Position numbers and translations under genes: made by a program. The notes beneath the pieces are model-generated. The model was not told where the DNA came from, ran no database searches, and saw only the letters and a list, made by a program, of their open reading frames with translations. From Myxococcota bacterium (GTDB lineage: Bacteria > Myxococcota_A > UBA796 > GCA-2862545), in assembly GCA_047626195.1 (NCBI GenBank), contig JBLHSN010000002.1:229-64228 (forward strand): a DNA stretch of 64,000 bases, in the 5' to 3' direction. Below, piece after piece: positions 9,409 to 18,257 of the stretch. Each line of letters opens with the position of its first letter. The first letter of the stretch is position 1.

Positions 9409-9822
9409 ATGCTTCGCAATCGCCTTCAATACCGCAACGCCGCAGACTCCGGGCGCTCCGGTATGACCCTCGTCGAAATCATCGTCGTTATTGCCATCAT
9501 CCTCGTGCTGACCAGCATCTTGGCTTTCGGCATCTTTTCCGTCTTCGGACAGGCCAAGGCAGACGCTGCCAAGGTGCAGATGAGCCGCCTCGACTCTCGC
9601 ATTCAGATCTACATGGCTCGCAATGGCTCGTACCCGAGCGGCGGAGATGGCCTCGCTGCCGCTGTCGCCCCGGACGAAGTCCCGAATGACCCATGGGGCA
9701 ACCCGTACCGCTACGTCGTCCCCGGTGGGAATGGCAAGCCGTACGACATTGTGTCGCTCGGTTCTGATGGCGCCGAAGGCGGCACCGGTGAAGCGGCAGA
9801 CCTCCGTCTGTCGGACCGCTAG
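9409..9822 (+). CDS. gspG: major pseudopilin
   Basis: 137 aa. Leader ...SGRSG|MTLVEIIVVIAIILVLTSILAFGIF. Hallmark GspG motifs NDPWGNPYRYV and IVSLGSDGAEGG. Confidence 0.9.
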   Translation: MLRNRLQYRNAADSGRSGMTLVEIIVVIAIILVLTSILAFGIFSVFGQAKADAAKVQMSRLDSRIQIYMARNGSYPSGGDGLAAAVAPDEVPNDPWGNPYRYVVPGGNGKPYDIVSLGSDGAEGGTGEAADLRLSDR

Positions 9823-9833
9823 GAGACCTTCGC

Positions 9834-10640
9834 ATGAGCTTCGGCCCAGCCCGGCATGAACTTGTAGAAGCGTCTTGGCGCAGTGGTCATCTTGACTCAC
9901 TGCCCGGGAACGCGTCCGCGAGGCGTGGTGGCCGTCGGTCCTTGGTCCGCTCGCGCCGGCGCTCGGGCATGACGCTGCTCGAAGTCATCGTTGTCATCGC
10001 CATCGCATTGGTGCTCACCGTGGTCATGGCGACCGGCATCAACTCGCTGTTCTCGCTCAACCAGCGCAGCGCAGCAAGCCAGTTGGCCATCACCTATACG
10101 CTGTTGCGCGAAGAAGCGGTGCTTCGAAACCAGACCTACCGCGTGGCCTACCACCTGGACGGCAACTACTACCAGGTAGAGATGGGCGACCCGAACGTGC
10201 TGATCTTTGAAGACGAAGACCAGCGCAAAGAGTACGAGCGTCAGCGGCAGTCGAAGCTCACGCGGCAGACTGCTGAAGAGGTTGAAGCTGACGACCCGTT
10301 GGGTGGATTTATGGCCATCGCTCCCTTTGATGGGGAGCGGGTAGACCTGCCGGGCGGAACCGTCTTTGGCGGTGTCAAGACCCCGCAGTACAACGACATG
10401 GTCCTTCCTAGCGGCGGTGAAGAAGACGAGGAAGATCCGCTCGTTGTGTACTCCTATGTCTTTCCGACGGGGTTCACCGAACCGACTGTCATTCAGCTTG
10501 TCGACAAAGACAATGACCGGCGCGGCTTCACCATCATTGTCGATGCCATGACTGGTTCTGTTCGCTTGGAATCTGAAATTATCGACGCCCGCGATGCCTT
10601 TCGTGACCACCCCGATGAAGGACCGAGTTTCCCACAATGA
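9834..10640 (+). CDS. gspH: minor pseudopilin (GspH-like by position)
   Basis: Prepilin-type N-terminus RRRSG|MTLLEVIVVIAIALVLTVV with Glu+5. It is the first minor pseudopilin slot after gspG. At 268 aa it is longer than classical GspH. Confidence 0.55.
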   Translation: MSFGPARHELVEASWRSGHLDSLPGNASARRGGRRSLVRSRRRSGMTLLEVIVVIAIALVLTVVMATGINSLFSLNQRSAASQLAITYTLLREEAVLRNQTYRVAYHLDGNYYQVEMGDPNVLIFEDEDQRKEYERQRQSKLTRQTAEEVEADDPLGGFMAIAPFDGERVDLPGGTVFGGVKTPQYNDMVLPSGGEEDEEDPLVVYSYVFPTGFTEPTVIQLVDKDNDRRGFTIIVDAMTGSVRLESEIIDARDAFRDHPDEGPSFPQ

Positions 10641-11290
10641 ACCGCTCCACCCGCCAAGGCTACTCCCTGCTTGAGACTGTTGTTGCGATGGCCATCTTGG
10701 TCACTAGCCTCACCGTACTCATTCAGATTCAGGGAGATGCGGTTGAGATGACGCAGACCGCGGAGCGCCTCGTTACCGCCACTCAGCTCGCGCAAGAGAA
10801 GATGACCGAGGTCCGCTTGCTCATTGAGCGGGAAGGCATCACCGAGAGCGAGATGGAAGAGAACGGCGACTTTGACGAGCTGGGCGATGACCAGCTTGAC
10901 CTTGAATTCGGGCGTCAATTTGAGGACTACCACTGGGAATACACCGTTTCCGAGATTGACCTTGGACTTGCCGGTGATCTCGGCGGAATGGCGGATAGTT
11001 TGGGTGGTTCTGGCCTCATGCCTGGTGGCGGCGCGGCAGACACTCCAGACCAGCCGGATATTGAAGGCGGGCAACCGGACCTGGCCTCCCTGGGCGTCAG
11101 CAATGACATGATTACCGACATGCTCGCAAAATACATCCGCGAGATTCGCGTACGAGTGTGGTGGGGCGACGACAGCCGTGAAGCGGCCGAGCGCAAAGAT
11201 GAAGTCATCCTTACTGGCCACTCTGTGGACCCGGCCGGAAGCTTTATCAACCTCACCCAGGAAGGCGGCGCTGCGGAGATGCTGCAATGA
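10637..11290 (+). CDS. gspI: minor pseudopilin (GspI-like by position)
   Basis: ATGA-coupled. N-terminus TRQG|YSLLETVVAMAILVTSLTVL with Glu+5. 217 aa with an acidic insertion. Confidence 0.55.
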   Translation: MNRSTRQGYSLLETVVAMAILVTSLTVLIQIQGDAVEMTQTAERLVTATQLAQEKMTEVRLLIEREGITESEMEENGDFDELGDDQLDLEFGRQFEDYHWEYTVSEIDLGLAGDLGGMADSLGGSGLMPGGGAADTPDQPDIEGGQPDLASLGVSNDMITDMLAKYIREIRVRVWWGDDSREAAERKDEVILTGHSVDPAGSFINLTQEGGAAEMLQ

Positions 11291-12141
11291 GTAAGCTAGG
11301 GCACACCACAGGCCTATGGAGTGGCCGGCGCCGGTCTCGGTCGGGACTCAGCTTGGTGGAGGTCGTCGTATCGATTTCCATTCTGTTGGTCATGAGCGTC
11401 TCGGTCGGCGCGGTCTTTGGGTCTGGCATTGAACTGCGCACGATTCTCGAAGACCGAGACGTCTCAACACGCGCTGCAAGAGCCGCATTGTCGACCATTC
11501 GTCGTGAGCTGCAGCTGGCCTACTTGACCGACCAAAACCAGTCGCTCGAGTTCTACCAGACCGTGTTTGTTGGCCTGGATGGCAGCACGGACACTCTGTA
11601 CTTTGCAACGCGTGGCCATCAGCGCCTGTACCGCGACACCCGCGAGAGTGATCAGTCGGAAGTAACGCTTTGGACCGAGTCAGCCCGTGATGGTTCTCGC
11701 GGCTACACGCTGTACCATCGGGAGTCGTCGCGCGTTGATGGAGAGCCCGGAGAGGGGGGAACAGTCTACCCTCTGGCAATGAACGTGCGAAGCTTCGAGC
11801 TACGCTACCTCGACGGTGTCACCGACGAATGGCAAACGGAGTGGGACAGTCGCGGCGCAGATTTCGCTAACCGCCTGCCGCGTGCCGTTCAGATTGGATT
11901 GGTGTTGATTGGTATTGACCCACAAGACGACACACGGACTGTCGACATCCCGTTCTTCACTACGGTTCTGCTTCAATATGCAGACCCACTTCCGCGGCAG
12001 GGCATGTCGCTCGCCGTACCCCCCGGTGGCGGCTCTCAACAGACCGCACCGACCGCTCCGTTGCGCGGGGGGCCGGGTCCGGGTGCAACGCCGAATATTC
12101 CTGGCATGAATCCGAGTGCACTCGGTGGGGGGCGTCGATGA
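11287..12141 (+). CDS. gspJ: minor pseudopilin (GspJ-like by position)
   Basis: ATGA-coupled. N-terminus SRSG|LSLVEVVVSISILLVMSV with Glu+5. 284 aa. Confidence 0.55.
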   Translation: MSKLGHTTGLWSGRRRSRSGLSLVEVVVSISILLVMSVSVGAVFGSGIELRTILEDRDVSTRAARAALSTIRRELQLAYLTDQNQSLEFYQTVFVGLDGSTDTLYFATRGHQRLYRDTRESDQSEVTLWTESARDGSRGYTLYHRESSRVDGEPGEGGTVYPLAMNVRSFELRYLDGVTDEWQTEWDSRGADFANRLPRAVQIGLVLIGIDPQDDTRTVDIPFFTTVLLQYADPLPRQGMSLAVPPGGGSQQTAPTAPLRGGPGPGATPNIPGMNPSALGGGRR

Positions 12142-13367
12142 ACCTCGCTAACTGGTTCTGGCATGAGCTGACCCGCCCGCGCGGGGAGAGCAAACGTCGC
12201 TATTACCGAGGCGGGCGACAGTCGCGCAGCGGTGTGGCCCTGTTGATGGTCATCACCAGCCTGATGTTCATCACCATCATCGGCACCGAGATGACCAAGG
12301 GCGGCATTGTTCGACTGCGCCTTGCAGCGAACCAGCGTGACGAAGCCAAGGCCGAAGCATTGGCCGAGACTGGCTTTCAGATGTACCGGCTCATCTTGGT
12401 CGCCAGCAAAGGCATGGGGCAGCAACTGGGGCCGATGCTCCAACAGTTTGGAATGACCGGTGAGTTGTGGCAGATGATGCCTTTCATCAACACCGGCATG
12501 ATGCGTATGCTGCTGTCGGCCGGCTCAACCCCGGACGACGATGACGTCGAACAGTTCGCCCTTGAGGGTCTGACAGACGAACAAATCGCCGAGAGTCGTG
12601 AAGACGGCCAGGGAACCACCAAGCGCAACTTCCTCGACTTTGACGGCGACTTCTTTGCAGAGGTCACAGACGAGAATAGCCGTATTTTCGTGGGCACGTT
12701 CCAAGCGACCAACTACGCCGATATGCTGCAGGATCCAGTTGCTTTGCGCCTGTACGGCCTGATGAGTGGCGTTGAGAACGACCAGTTCTTTTATGACCAG
12801 AACATCGACCGGTGGGAGCTCATCGGTAACTTGGCAGACTGGACAGATGCCGATGATATGCGTCTGTACCAAGGTGGGTCGGAGATTTCGATCTACGACC
12901 GATTGGACGAGCCGTATCGTCCGAAAAATGCCGGTTTTGAGAGCATGAGCGAGATTCGCTTGGTCGATGGCTGGCACCGTGACGACATCTGGGAGAAATT
13001 CAGCGAGCAGTTGACCATCTACGGAAATGGGCAGGTCAACATCAACTCAGCCACTCCGGAAGTCATCTCTGCCCTGTTGCGTGCCTACGTCATGCCCAAC
13101 AACCCTGACTACGTCCGCACCTTGCTCGCCGAGATCTCGCTGTACCAATCCATTAGCCCGTACCCAAACGGTCGTGGTTTTGTCACTCATCTTGAGAGTT
13201 TGGGTGCCACAGTGAATCCCGAGCTGCAGCGTGCGGTCGGTACCGAATCAAACGTCTTTCACCTCACATCCACCGGGCAAGTTGGAGAGGCGGTCGTCAC
13301 GATTGACGCTATCGTCGACTTTACCAACAGCCCGATTGGCGAGATTGTGTACTGGAGAATCCTATGA
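12138..13367 (+). CDS. gspK: minor pseudopilin GspK
   Basis: ATGA-coupled. N-terminus SRSG|VALLMVITSLMFITIIG lacks Glu+5, as is typical for GspK. Large size (409 aa) and a VNINSATPEVISALL motif. Confidence 0.75.
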   Translation: MNLANWFWHELTRPRGESKRRYYRGGRQSRSGVALLMVITSLMFITIIGTEMTKGGIVRLRLAANQRDEAKAEALAETGFQMYRLILVASKGMGQQLGPMLQQFGMTGELWQMMPFINTGMMRMLLSAGSTPDDDDVEQFALEGLTDEQIAESREDGQGTTKRNFLDFDGDFFAEVTDENSRIFVGTFQATNYADMLQDPVALRLYGLMSGVENDQFFYDQNIDRWELIGNLADWTDADDMRLYQGGSEISIYDRLDEPYRPKNAGFESMSEIRLVDGWHRDDIWEKFSEQLTIYGNGQVNINSATPEVISALLRAYVMPNNPDYVRTLLAEISLYQSISPYPNGRGFVTHLESLGATVNPELQRAVGTESNVFHLTSTGQVGEAVVTIDAIVDFTNSPIGEIVYWRIL

Positions 13368-13395
13368 GTTCTGCTTGTGAGTCCGGGAGCATTCT

Positions 13396-15000
13396 ATGGC
13401 TCGCGTAGTCGCTATTGACCTGGGTCGACATGCGGCCAAGGCCGCTGTGTACGAGACGACGGGTCGCTCTGCAGGTCTAGAAGGGTACTTCACCGAGCAG
13501 GTTGCCGATGATGGAGAGGGGCGTGGTCCGTCTTTGGGAGCGCGACTTGCGGCCTTGGACCGGTTGCTCTCCGAACACCAGACATGGCAGTCTCCGGCTA
13601 CGGTCGTGGGGTTGGTCTGGCCAACAGATGACGTCAGCACGCGTGTCATCCAGCTCCCATTCACGGACAAGACTCAGCTCGAGCAGACGCTGCCGTTCAC
13701 TGTCGAAGAGGTCGTTCCGTTCGATATGGACGACATGCTGCTCGGCTGGCGTCCCCTTCCGGGTACGCACTCGGGTACAAAGGCACATGTCACGTTGGTT
13801 CGAACCGAGAGCCTGCGAGCGGTGCTTGAGGCCTTTCAGGCGCGAAGCCTCGACCCGCGACAAGTTGTCGTAGATGGCGAAGCGCTCGGTGCGATGGTCA
13901 CAGCTGGCGGTGGCGTTAGCGTAGTGGATGTTGGCCACAGCTCCACCACTATCAGTGTTCTTCTCGACGGAGTGGTGGTCAGCGAGCGGGCGATTGATGT
14001 GGGCGGACGTCGCTTTACCCAGGCCATTGCCGCGGCGATGGACCTCACTTTTGCCAATGCTGAGCGTCTGAAGCACGGCGACTTCCACCCAGATGAAGAG
14101 CCCACTGAAGGGGGCATGCCCAGTGGACTGGCGAGTCTCTCTCCGCAAGCTCGGACCGCGCTAGACGGTGTGTTTGGTCTGTTGCTTGCCGAGATTCGCT
14201 CCACACTTATCGCCGCTGAAGACCAGCACGGGATGGAGATTGATTCGGTCCTGTTGACCGGTGGTGGCGCCCGGCTGGAACCACTACCCGAGTATCTGCA
14301 GCGCGACCTGGGTCTGACCGTTGAGTGGTTGGCAGAGGCAGATGGTGCGGGCATTCCTCCCGAACACGGCGTGTCACGTGCCATGGCACAGGTGTTGGCC
14401 ACCAACGCGACGTCGGTCAATCTACGCACTGGGTCGCTCGCCTTCAAGGGTGGCGTCAATGTGCTGCGTGCCGTGGTGACCTATGGTACCGCTGGCGTCG
14501 CCTTCTTCTTAGTGGCGGCCACGGTCGTGTTCGCCGTTCAGTTTATGCGTCTTCGCAGCGAACTTAGCGAAGTAGACAGCCAGATTCGTTCCCTCGTCCT
14601 GGCCGACTTCCCGGAAACGTCAGACGAGATTCTGGCCGTTGGCGCTGACGCGGCTGCGGTCACCGAGGCTGGCGTCCTAGGCATGGAAGACCGCGCAGAT
14701 GTCCTAGCTGGCGAAGGTCGGGTACCGCCGACGGTCGACCTGCTTTTGCTGCTGACCGACGCTTTCCCAGACCCAGAGACTGTCACCGTCAATGTCAGCG
14801 ACTTGACCATGGGGAATCTCAGCATGACGTTCAACGCCGAGACCGACACCTATGAGTCGGCGGCTGCCATTGAGACGTCCATCCAGGCGGTCGAAGCCTT
14901 CGCCGACGCCGTTAAGTCGAATGAGCGACGCAGCCGCGACAACGTGACGTTCACCATGACCATTCCGTTGAATGGATCTGCTGATGAAGAGGTGCAATAA
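13396..15000 (+). CDS. gspL: GspL-like assembly protein (PilM/actin-like cytoplasmic domain, TM, periplasmic domain)
   Basis: 534 aa. N-terminus VVAIDLGRHAAKAAVYE and later SVVDVGHSSTTISV are actin/PilM-like phosphate motifs. A single TM (AGVAFFLVAATVVFAVQF) lies near residue 370. Position between gspK and gspM. Confidence 0.6.
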   Translation: MARVVAIDLGRHAAKAAVYETTGRSAGLEGYFTEQVADDGEGRGPSLGARLAALDRLLSEHQTWQSPATVVGLVWPTDDVSTRVIQLPFTDKTQLEQTLPFTVEEVVPFDMDDMLLGWRPLPGTHSGTKAHVTLVRTESLRAVLEAFQARSLDPRQVVVDGEALGAMVTAGGGVSVVDVGHSSTTISVLLDGVVVSERAIDVGGRRFTQAIAAAMDLTFANAERLKHGDFHPDEEPTEGGMPSGLASLSPQARTALDGVFGLLLAEIRSTLIAAEDQHGMEIDSVLLTGGGARLEPLPEYLQRDLGLTVEWLAEADGAGIPPEHGVSRAMAQVLATNATSVNLRTGSLAFKGGVNVLRAVVTYGTAGVAFFLVAATVVFAVQFMRLRSELSEVDSQIRSLVLADFPETSDEILAVGADAAAVTEAGVLGMEDRADVLAGEGRVPPTVDLLLLLTDAFPDPETVTVNVSDLTMGNLSMTFNAETDTYESAAAIETSIQAVEAFADAVKSNERRSRDNVTFTMTIPLNGSADEEVQ

Positions 15001-15548
15001 TGGGCGTTGTAGGTGACCAACTCGATGCACTCTCCCCCCGTGACCGTAAGCTATTAGCAGGCGTGTTTCTCTTCTTTGGTGCAGCCTTTGTGTTCGTGGT
15101 GTTCTTTGGCATGAACCGAACGCTAAGTTCGAATGCCGAGACCATCACCAATAAGAAGCTAGCGCTTGCCCGTATTCAAGGGTTCCACCAGAGGTTTCTG
15201 GTGGCTGAGACTCGCATTGATGCGGCAGAAGAGAAGCTGCGTGAGTACGGCAATCAGCCGGCCAGTGCGTTTCTGGAGCGCGCTGCGACCCAAGTCGAAG
15301 TTCGCGAGCAGTTCAGTGTTGAGAAGCAGGGCACCGAGGTCGACGGCAATCTGGAACGAACACGGTACCGGGTAGAGCTGAATCGTGTTCCCATCGACCT
15401 ATCGCTCAACTACGTCTACGACATCGAAGTGAGTGATTACCCGCTTGAGATCGAGAGCGCGTCTTGGCGTATTCAAGAGCGTGGCGGCGAACGGTTGGCC
15501 AGCGTGACACTTGAGATTGTGACCTTTGCCCTTGAGGAGGCCGGATGA
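15000..15548 (+). CDS. gspM: GspM-like protein
   Basis: TAATG overlap with gspL. 182 aa. The N-terminus LSPRDRKLLAGVFLFFGAAFVFVVFFG fits the GspM pattern (short cytoplasmic tail, one TM). Confidence 0.55.
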   Translation: MGVVGDQLDALSPRDRKLLAGVFLFFGAAFVFVVFFGMNRTLSSNAETITNKKLALARIQGFHQRFLVAETRIDAAEEKLREYGNQPASAFLERAATQVEVREQFSVEKQGTEVDGNLERTRYRVELNRVPIDLSLNYVYDIEVSDYPLEIESASWRIQERGGERLASVTLEIVTFALEEAG

Positions 15549-16735
15549 AACGTGTCCTGTTTGTCCTGCTGACACCCGTGTGGTTGGTGGTCGTCTTTAT
15601 TGTCGTCTTTCGGCTCACCTTTCCGTCCGACGCCATCGTCGACCGGGCATCGTATGAGGTAGGAAATGCCACAGGCGGAGCCATGGCTCTGCAGCTGGGT
15701 TCGGTCAGTCCGGCTTGGATGGGGTTGACCGGGTACGACTTGTTGCTTTCTTCCGTCGAAGAGGGAGTAGCCACACCCATGTTTGCGGTTGAACAGCTCA
15801 AGGCCGCTGGCGGCTTGATGAGCTTGATCAACAGAGCTCCGACCGTTGCCGGCTACGCGCGCTTTGGTGACGGTCGTCTCAACTTCGACGCAACGATTGC
15901 GGGAGATGACGCTGGCGTGTACGACATGCGCAACCTCGATGTCGATGCCCAGGGCTTTCCGCTGTCCGCTCTGCCTCCCATCCAGGGCACCAAGATTCTT
16001 GGAACGGGCGGCTTCGACCTGGACGTGGACCTTGACGTCCCCGATGGCTACGCCAAGTCCAATGGCCGGGCTTCACTCTCTGCCGCGAACATTGAGTTGT
16101 CAGGGGTGAGCGGAGACATGAACATGATTGTCACCGGGTTCGGCATTTTGCCCGCAACCATTGAGCGTCTGGACCTTGAGCTGGAGATTCGCGAAGGCAA
16201 AGCCGAAGTCCGTCGTGGCACGCTGGTCAGCTCGTTGGCAGATGTGACGATTGAGGGAGATATTGTTCTCACCAATCGTCTGTCCAACAGCCGGCTTCGT
16301 CTGGACCTGGTCATTGATGCAAAAGAGCCACTACAGGGCCTCTCCACCTTGATGGCGAACGCGCTGTGGGACACGGACGAGAAGTACCACTACGAACTTC
16401 GTGGAAATTTCAACCGTCCGAGCTTCAGTCCGGCTCGCAACCGGGCTGCGACTCGCTCGCGTCCGCGTCCAGCATCTCGTCCCACTCGACGTGGGCGTGA
16501 CAACACCAATGAGCCGCCAGAGGTCGAGCCGGTAACCGGCAGTCAAGTGACGCGTGATAGGGCCCAAGCTGCTCGTGAACAACTCCGCCGTCGCGGACCT
16601 CAAGTGGAAGGCATTGAACGGGCTGGTGGCGTGATGGACGGACCCAACATTCTCGGAGATGGTCCTGTCATTCCCGGTCAGAATGAAGGCGACACCGCAG
16701 AACCTGCGGCTGATCCTGAAGAAGCGACCGAGTAG
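15545..16735 (+). CDS. gspN: GspN-like protein with Arg/Pro-rich C-terminal tail
   Basis: ATGA-coupled. N-terminal TM (VLFVLLTPVWLVVVFIVVF). The call rests on position after gspM and size of the first ~280 aa. The last ~110 aa (RNRAATRSRPRPASRPTRRGRD...) are low complexity. Confidence 0.45.
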   Translation: MKRVLFVLLTPVWLVVVFIVVFRLTFPSDAIVDRASYEVGNATGGAMALQLGSVSPAWMGLTGYDLLLSSVEEGVATPMFAVEQLKAAGGLMSLINRAPTVAGYARFGDGRLNFDATIAGDDAGVYDMRNLDVDAQGFPLSALPPIQGTKILGTGGFDLDVDLDVPDGYAKSNGRASLSAANIELSGVSGDMNMIVTGFGILPATIERLDLELEIREGKAEVRRGTLVSSLADVTIEGDIVLTNRLSNSRLRLDLVIDAKEPLQGLSTLMANALWDTDEKYHYELRGNFNRPSFSPARNRAATRSRPRPASRPTRRGRDNTNEPPEVEPVTGSQVTRDRAQAAREQLRRRGPQVEGIERAGGVMDGPNILGDGPVIPGQNEGDTAEPAADPEEATE

Positions 16736-16792
16736 AGCGTATGGCATTCCAAGTGCGCTCGGCTGCGATAGGTAGGCGCTTCTTGGAGGCTT

Positions 16793-18241
16793 TTGGTGAA
16801 CGTTCGTACCGTTGTATTGCTGGCACTTTTGATGACTGGTTGCGGAGCAAAAAAAGCTTTCAAGGCTGGTTTCCAGTCCGAAACTGCTGGGGATACCTGG
16901 CGGGCAGCGCAGTTGTACTTGGAAGCACTGGACAAGAGGGCAACCCACGAAGACTCGAAGGTTGGGCTTGACCGCATTGGTGAAGACGCCCTGATGCAAG
17001 CGGTGGGCTTTGCAGAGCGTGAAGAAGCCGACGAAGATTTCTTGGCCGCCATGCAGTGGTACCAAGAGATGCAGCGGTACACGCGCCGCCTCGAGCGGTT
17101 TAACCACCTTGGCTTCCCCGTAACCGTGGACTTCGACGACAAGATCGGCGAGATGCGCTCGGCCGCTGCGTTTGAGGCCTACTCGGACGGAGATGACGCG
17201 GTCAGGGCGCGTCGCTGGGAGCAAGCGATTGGTTTCTTCAAGGCGGCTCAACAGATTGTGCCGAGCTTTAAAGACACCGATGGCCGCATTGCTGCGGCGC
17301 ACTACGGATGGGCCGAAGATGAGGTCGCTAGCGGTCAGTTTCGCAGCGCCGCGGTTCGGTTCACCCAGGCAGTGACCGGCGAGGAAGCGTTTGAGGACAG
17401 CGCGATTCGCTCGTTGGAGTTGTTCGCTGCTCTCGGTCGGCACCATCTCGCTACGGGAACTTGCCGCCAAGCCGTTCGCGACCTTCGTGTTGCTCACATT
17501 GAGTTTCCCAACGAGCTGGGTGCAGAGCTTCACGCCGCCGAGGAATGTGCCCACCGGACTGTGGAGATCGCTTCGTTCACCGGTGGCGGTCGAGTTGCCG
17601 GTGTTGTCGTGGACGATTGGGTGGAAGGCTATGTTCTACGTGAATTCCCGGCCGCATCGAGTGAGTTCATCGACCTCGTCGCCAGCGGTGATAGAAAGTC
17701 CGTTACCGCTGATTTCGAAGTGCGCGGTGCCATCAACGAAGCATGGTTACGCAGGCCGGAGCCGGCTACTTCGGCGCGAAGCGTCAGTGGTAGTCGTATC
17801 CGTGCATGCCGTGAAGGAGAGTTGCCTACGCCATGTCTTGAGTCGATACCCGTCACGTATCTCGAGCATACCTCGGTCGTGCAGGCACGCGTGGAGGCGT
17901 CCATTCGCGTTGTCGCCTCCGAGAACGGTCGCTTTATCGGGCAGGCACAGCCGGTGGGTGAAAATCAGAGCACGCGTCACTGGGCCGATACTTTCGCCGA
18001 CACCAACGGAAACGCTGCCCCTGTAGCGGCAACGCCAACGGAGAGCCTCATAGGTATTGGGGAGGCTCTCATCACGCTGCGTGACGCCCAGCAAACCCAT
18101 CCTGCTGATGCAGAGATTTTTCGGTATGCGCTGGCAATCGTCGGCCGAGATGCGGTCTCGTCGATCGTCGGCGCTGTAGATACCGAAGAGCCGGTGCGCG
18201 ACCCGAGCTCGCTGACCGTTCTTTCGATTGTCGGCAAGTAG
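16793..18241 (+). CDS. lipoprotein, function unknown (last gene of the gsp array)
   Basis: GTG start. Signal and lipobox VVLLALLMTGCGAKK. 482 aa. The N-terminal half is helical and TPR-like; the C-terminal half is mixed. Same strand as gspN, 57 nt downstream. Confidence 0.6.
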   Translation: MVNVRTVVLLALLMTGCGAKKAFKAGFQSETAGDTWRAAQLYLEALDKRATHEDSKVGLDRIGEDALMQAVGFAEREEADEDFLAAMQWYQEMQRYTRRLERFNHLGFPVTVDFDDKIGEMRSAAAFEAYSDGDDAVRARRWEQAIGFFKAAQQIVPSFKDTDGRIAAAHYGWAEDEVASGQFRSAAVRFTQAVTGEEAFEDSAIRSLELFAALGRHHLATGTCRQAVRDLRVAHIEFPNELGAELHAAEECAHRTVEIASFTGGGRVAGVVVDDWVEGYVLREFPAASSEFIDLVASGDRKSVTADFEVRGAINEAWLRRPEPATSARSVSGSRIRACREGELPTPCLESIPVTYLEHTSVVQARVEASIRVVASENGRFIGQAQPVGENQSTRHWADTFADTNGNAAPVAATPTESLIGIGEALITLRDAQQTHPADAEIFRYALAIVGRDAVSSIVGAVDTEEPVRDPSSLTVLSIVGK

Positions 18242-18257
18242 ACGGCGTCGGGTCCCT

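Noticed and set aside
9292-11287. Series of 200-260-aa minus-strand ORFs (9292-9900, 9897-10637, 10493-11287) opposite gspG-H-I
   Set aside because: The plus-strand frames carry unmistakable prepilin leaders and ATGA coupling. The antisense products are low-complexity.
16331-17554. 407-aa minus-strand ORF antisense to gspN and the terminal lipoprotein
   Set aside because: It spans two well-supported plus-strand genes and their intergenic gap. The composition is Arg/Ser/Leu-rich, with no motif. This is a typical antisense-frame artefact in GC-rich DNA.
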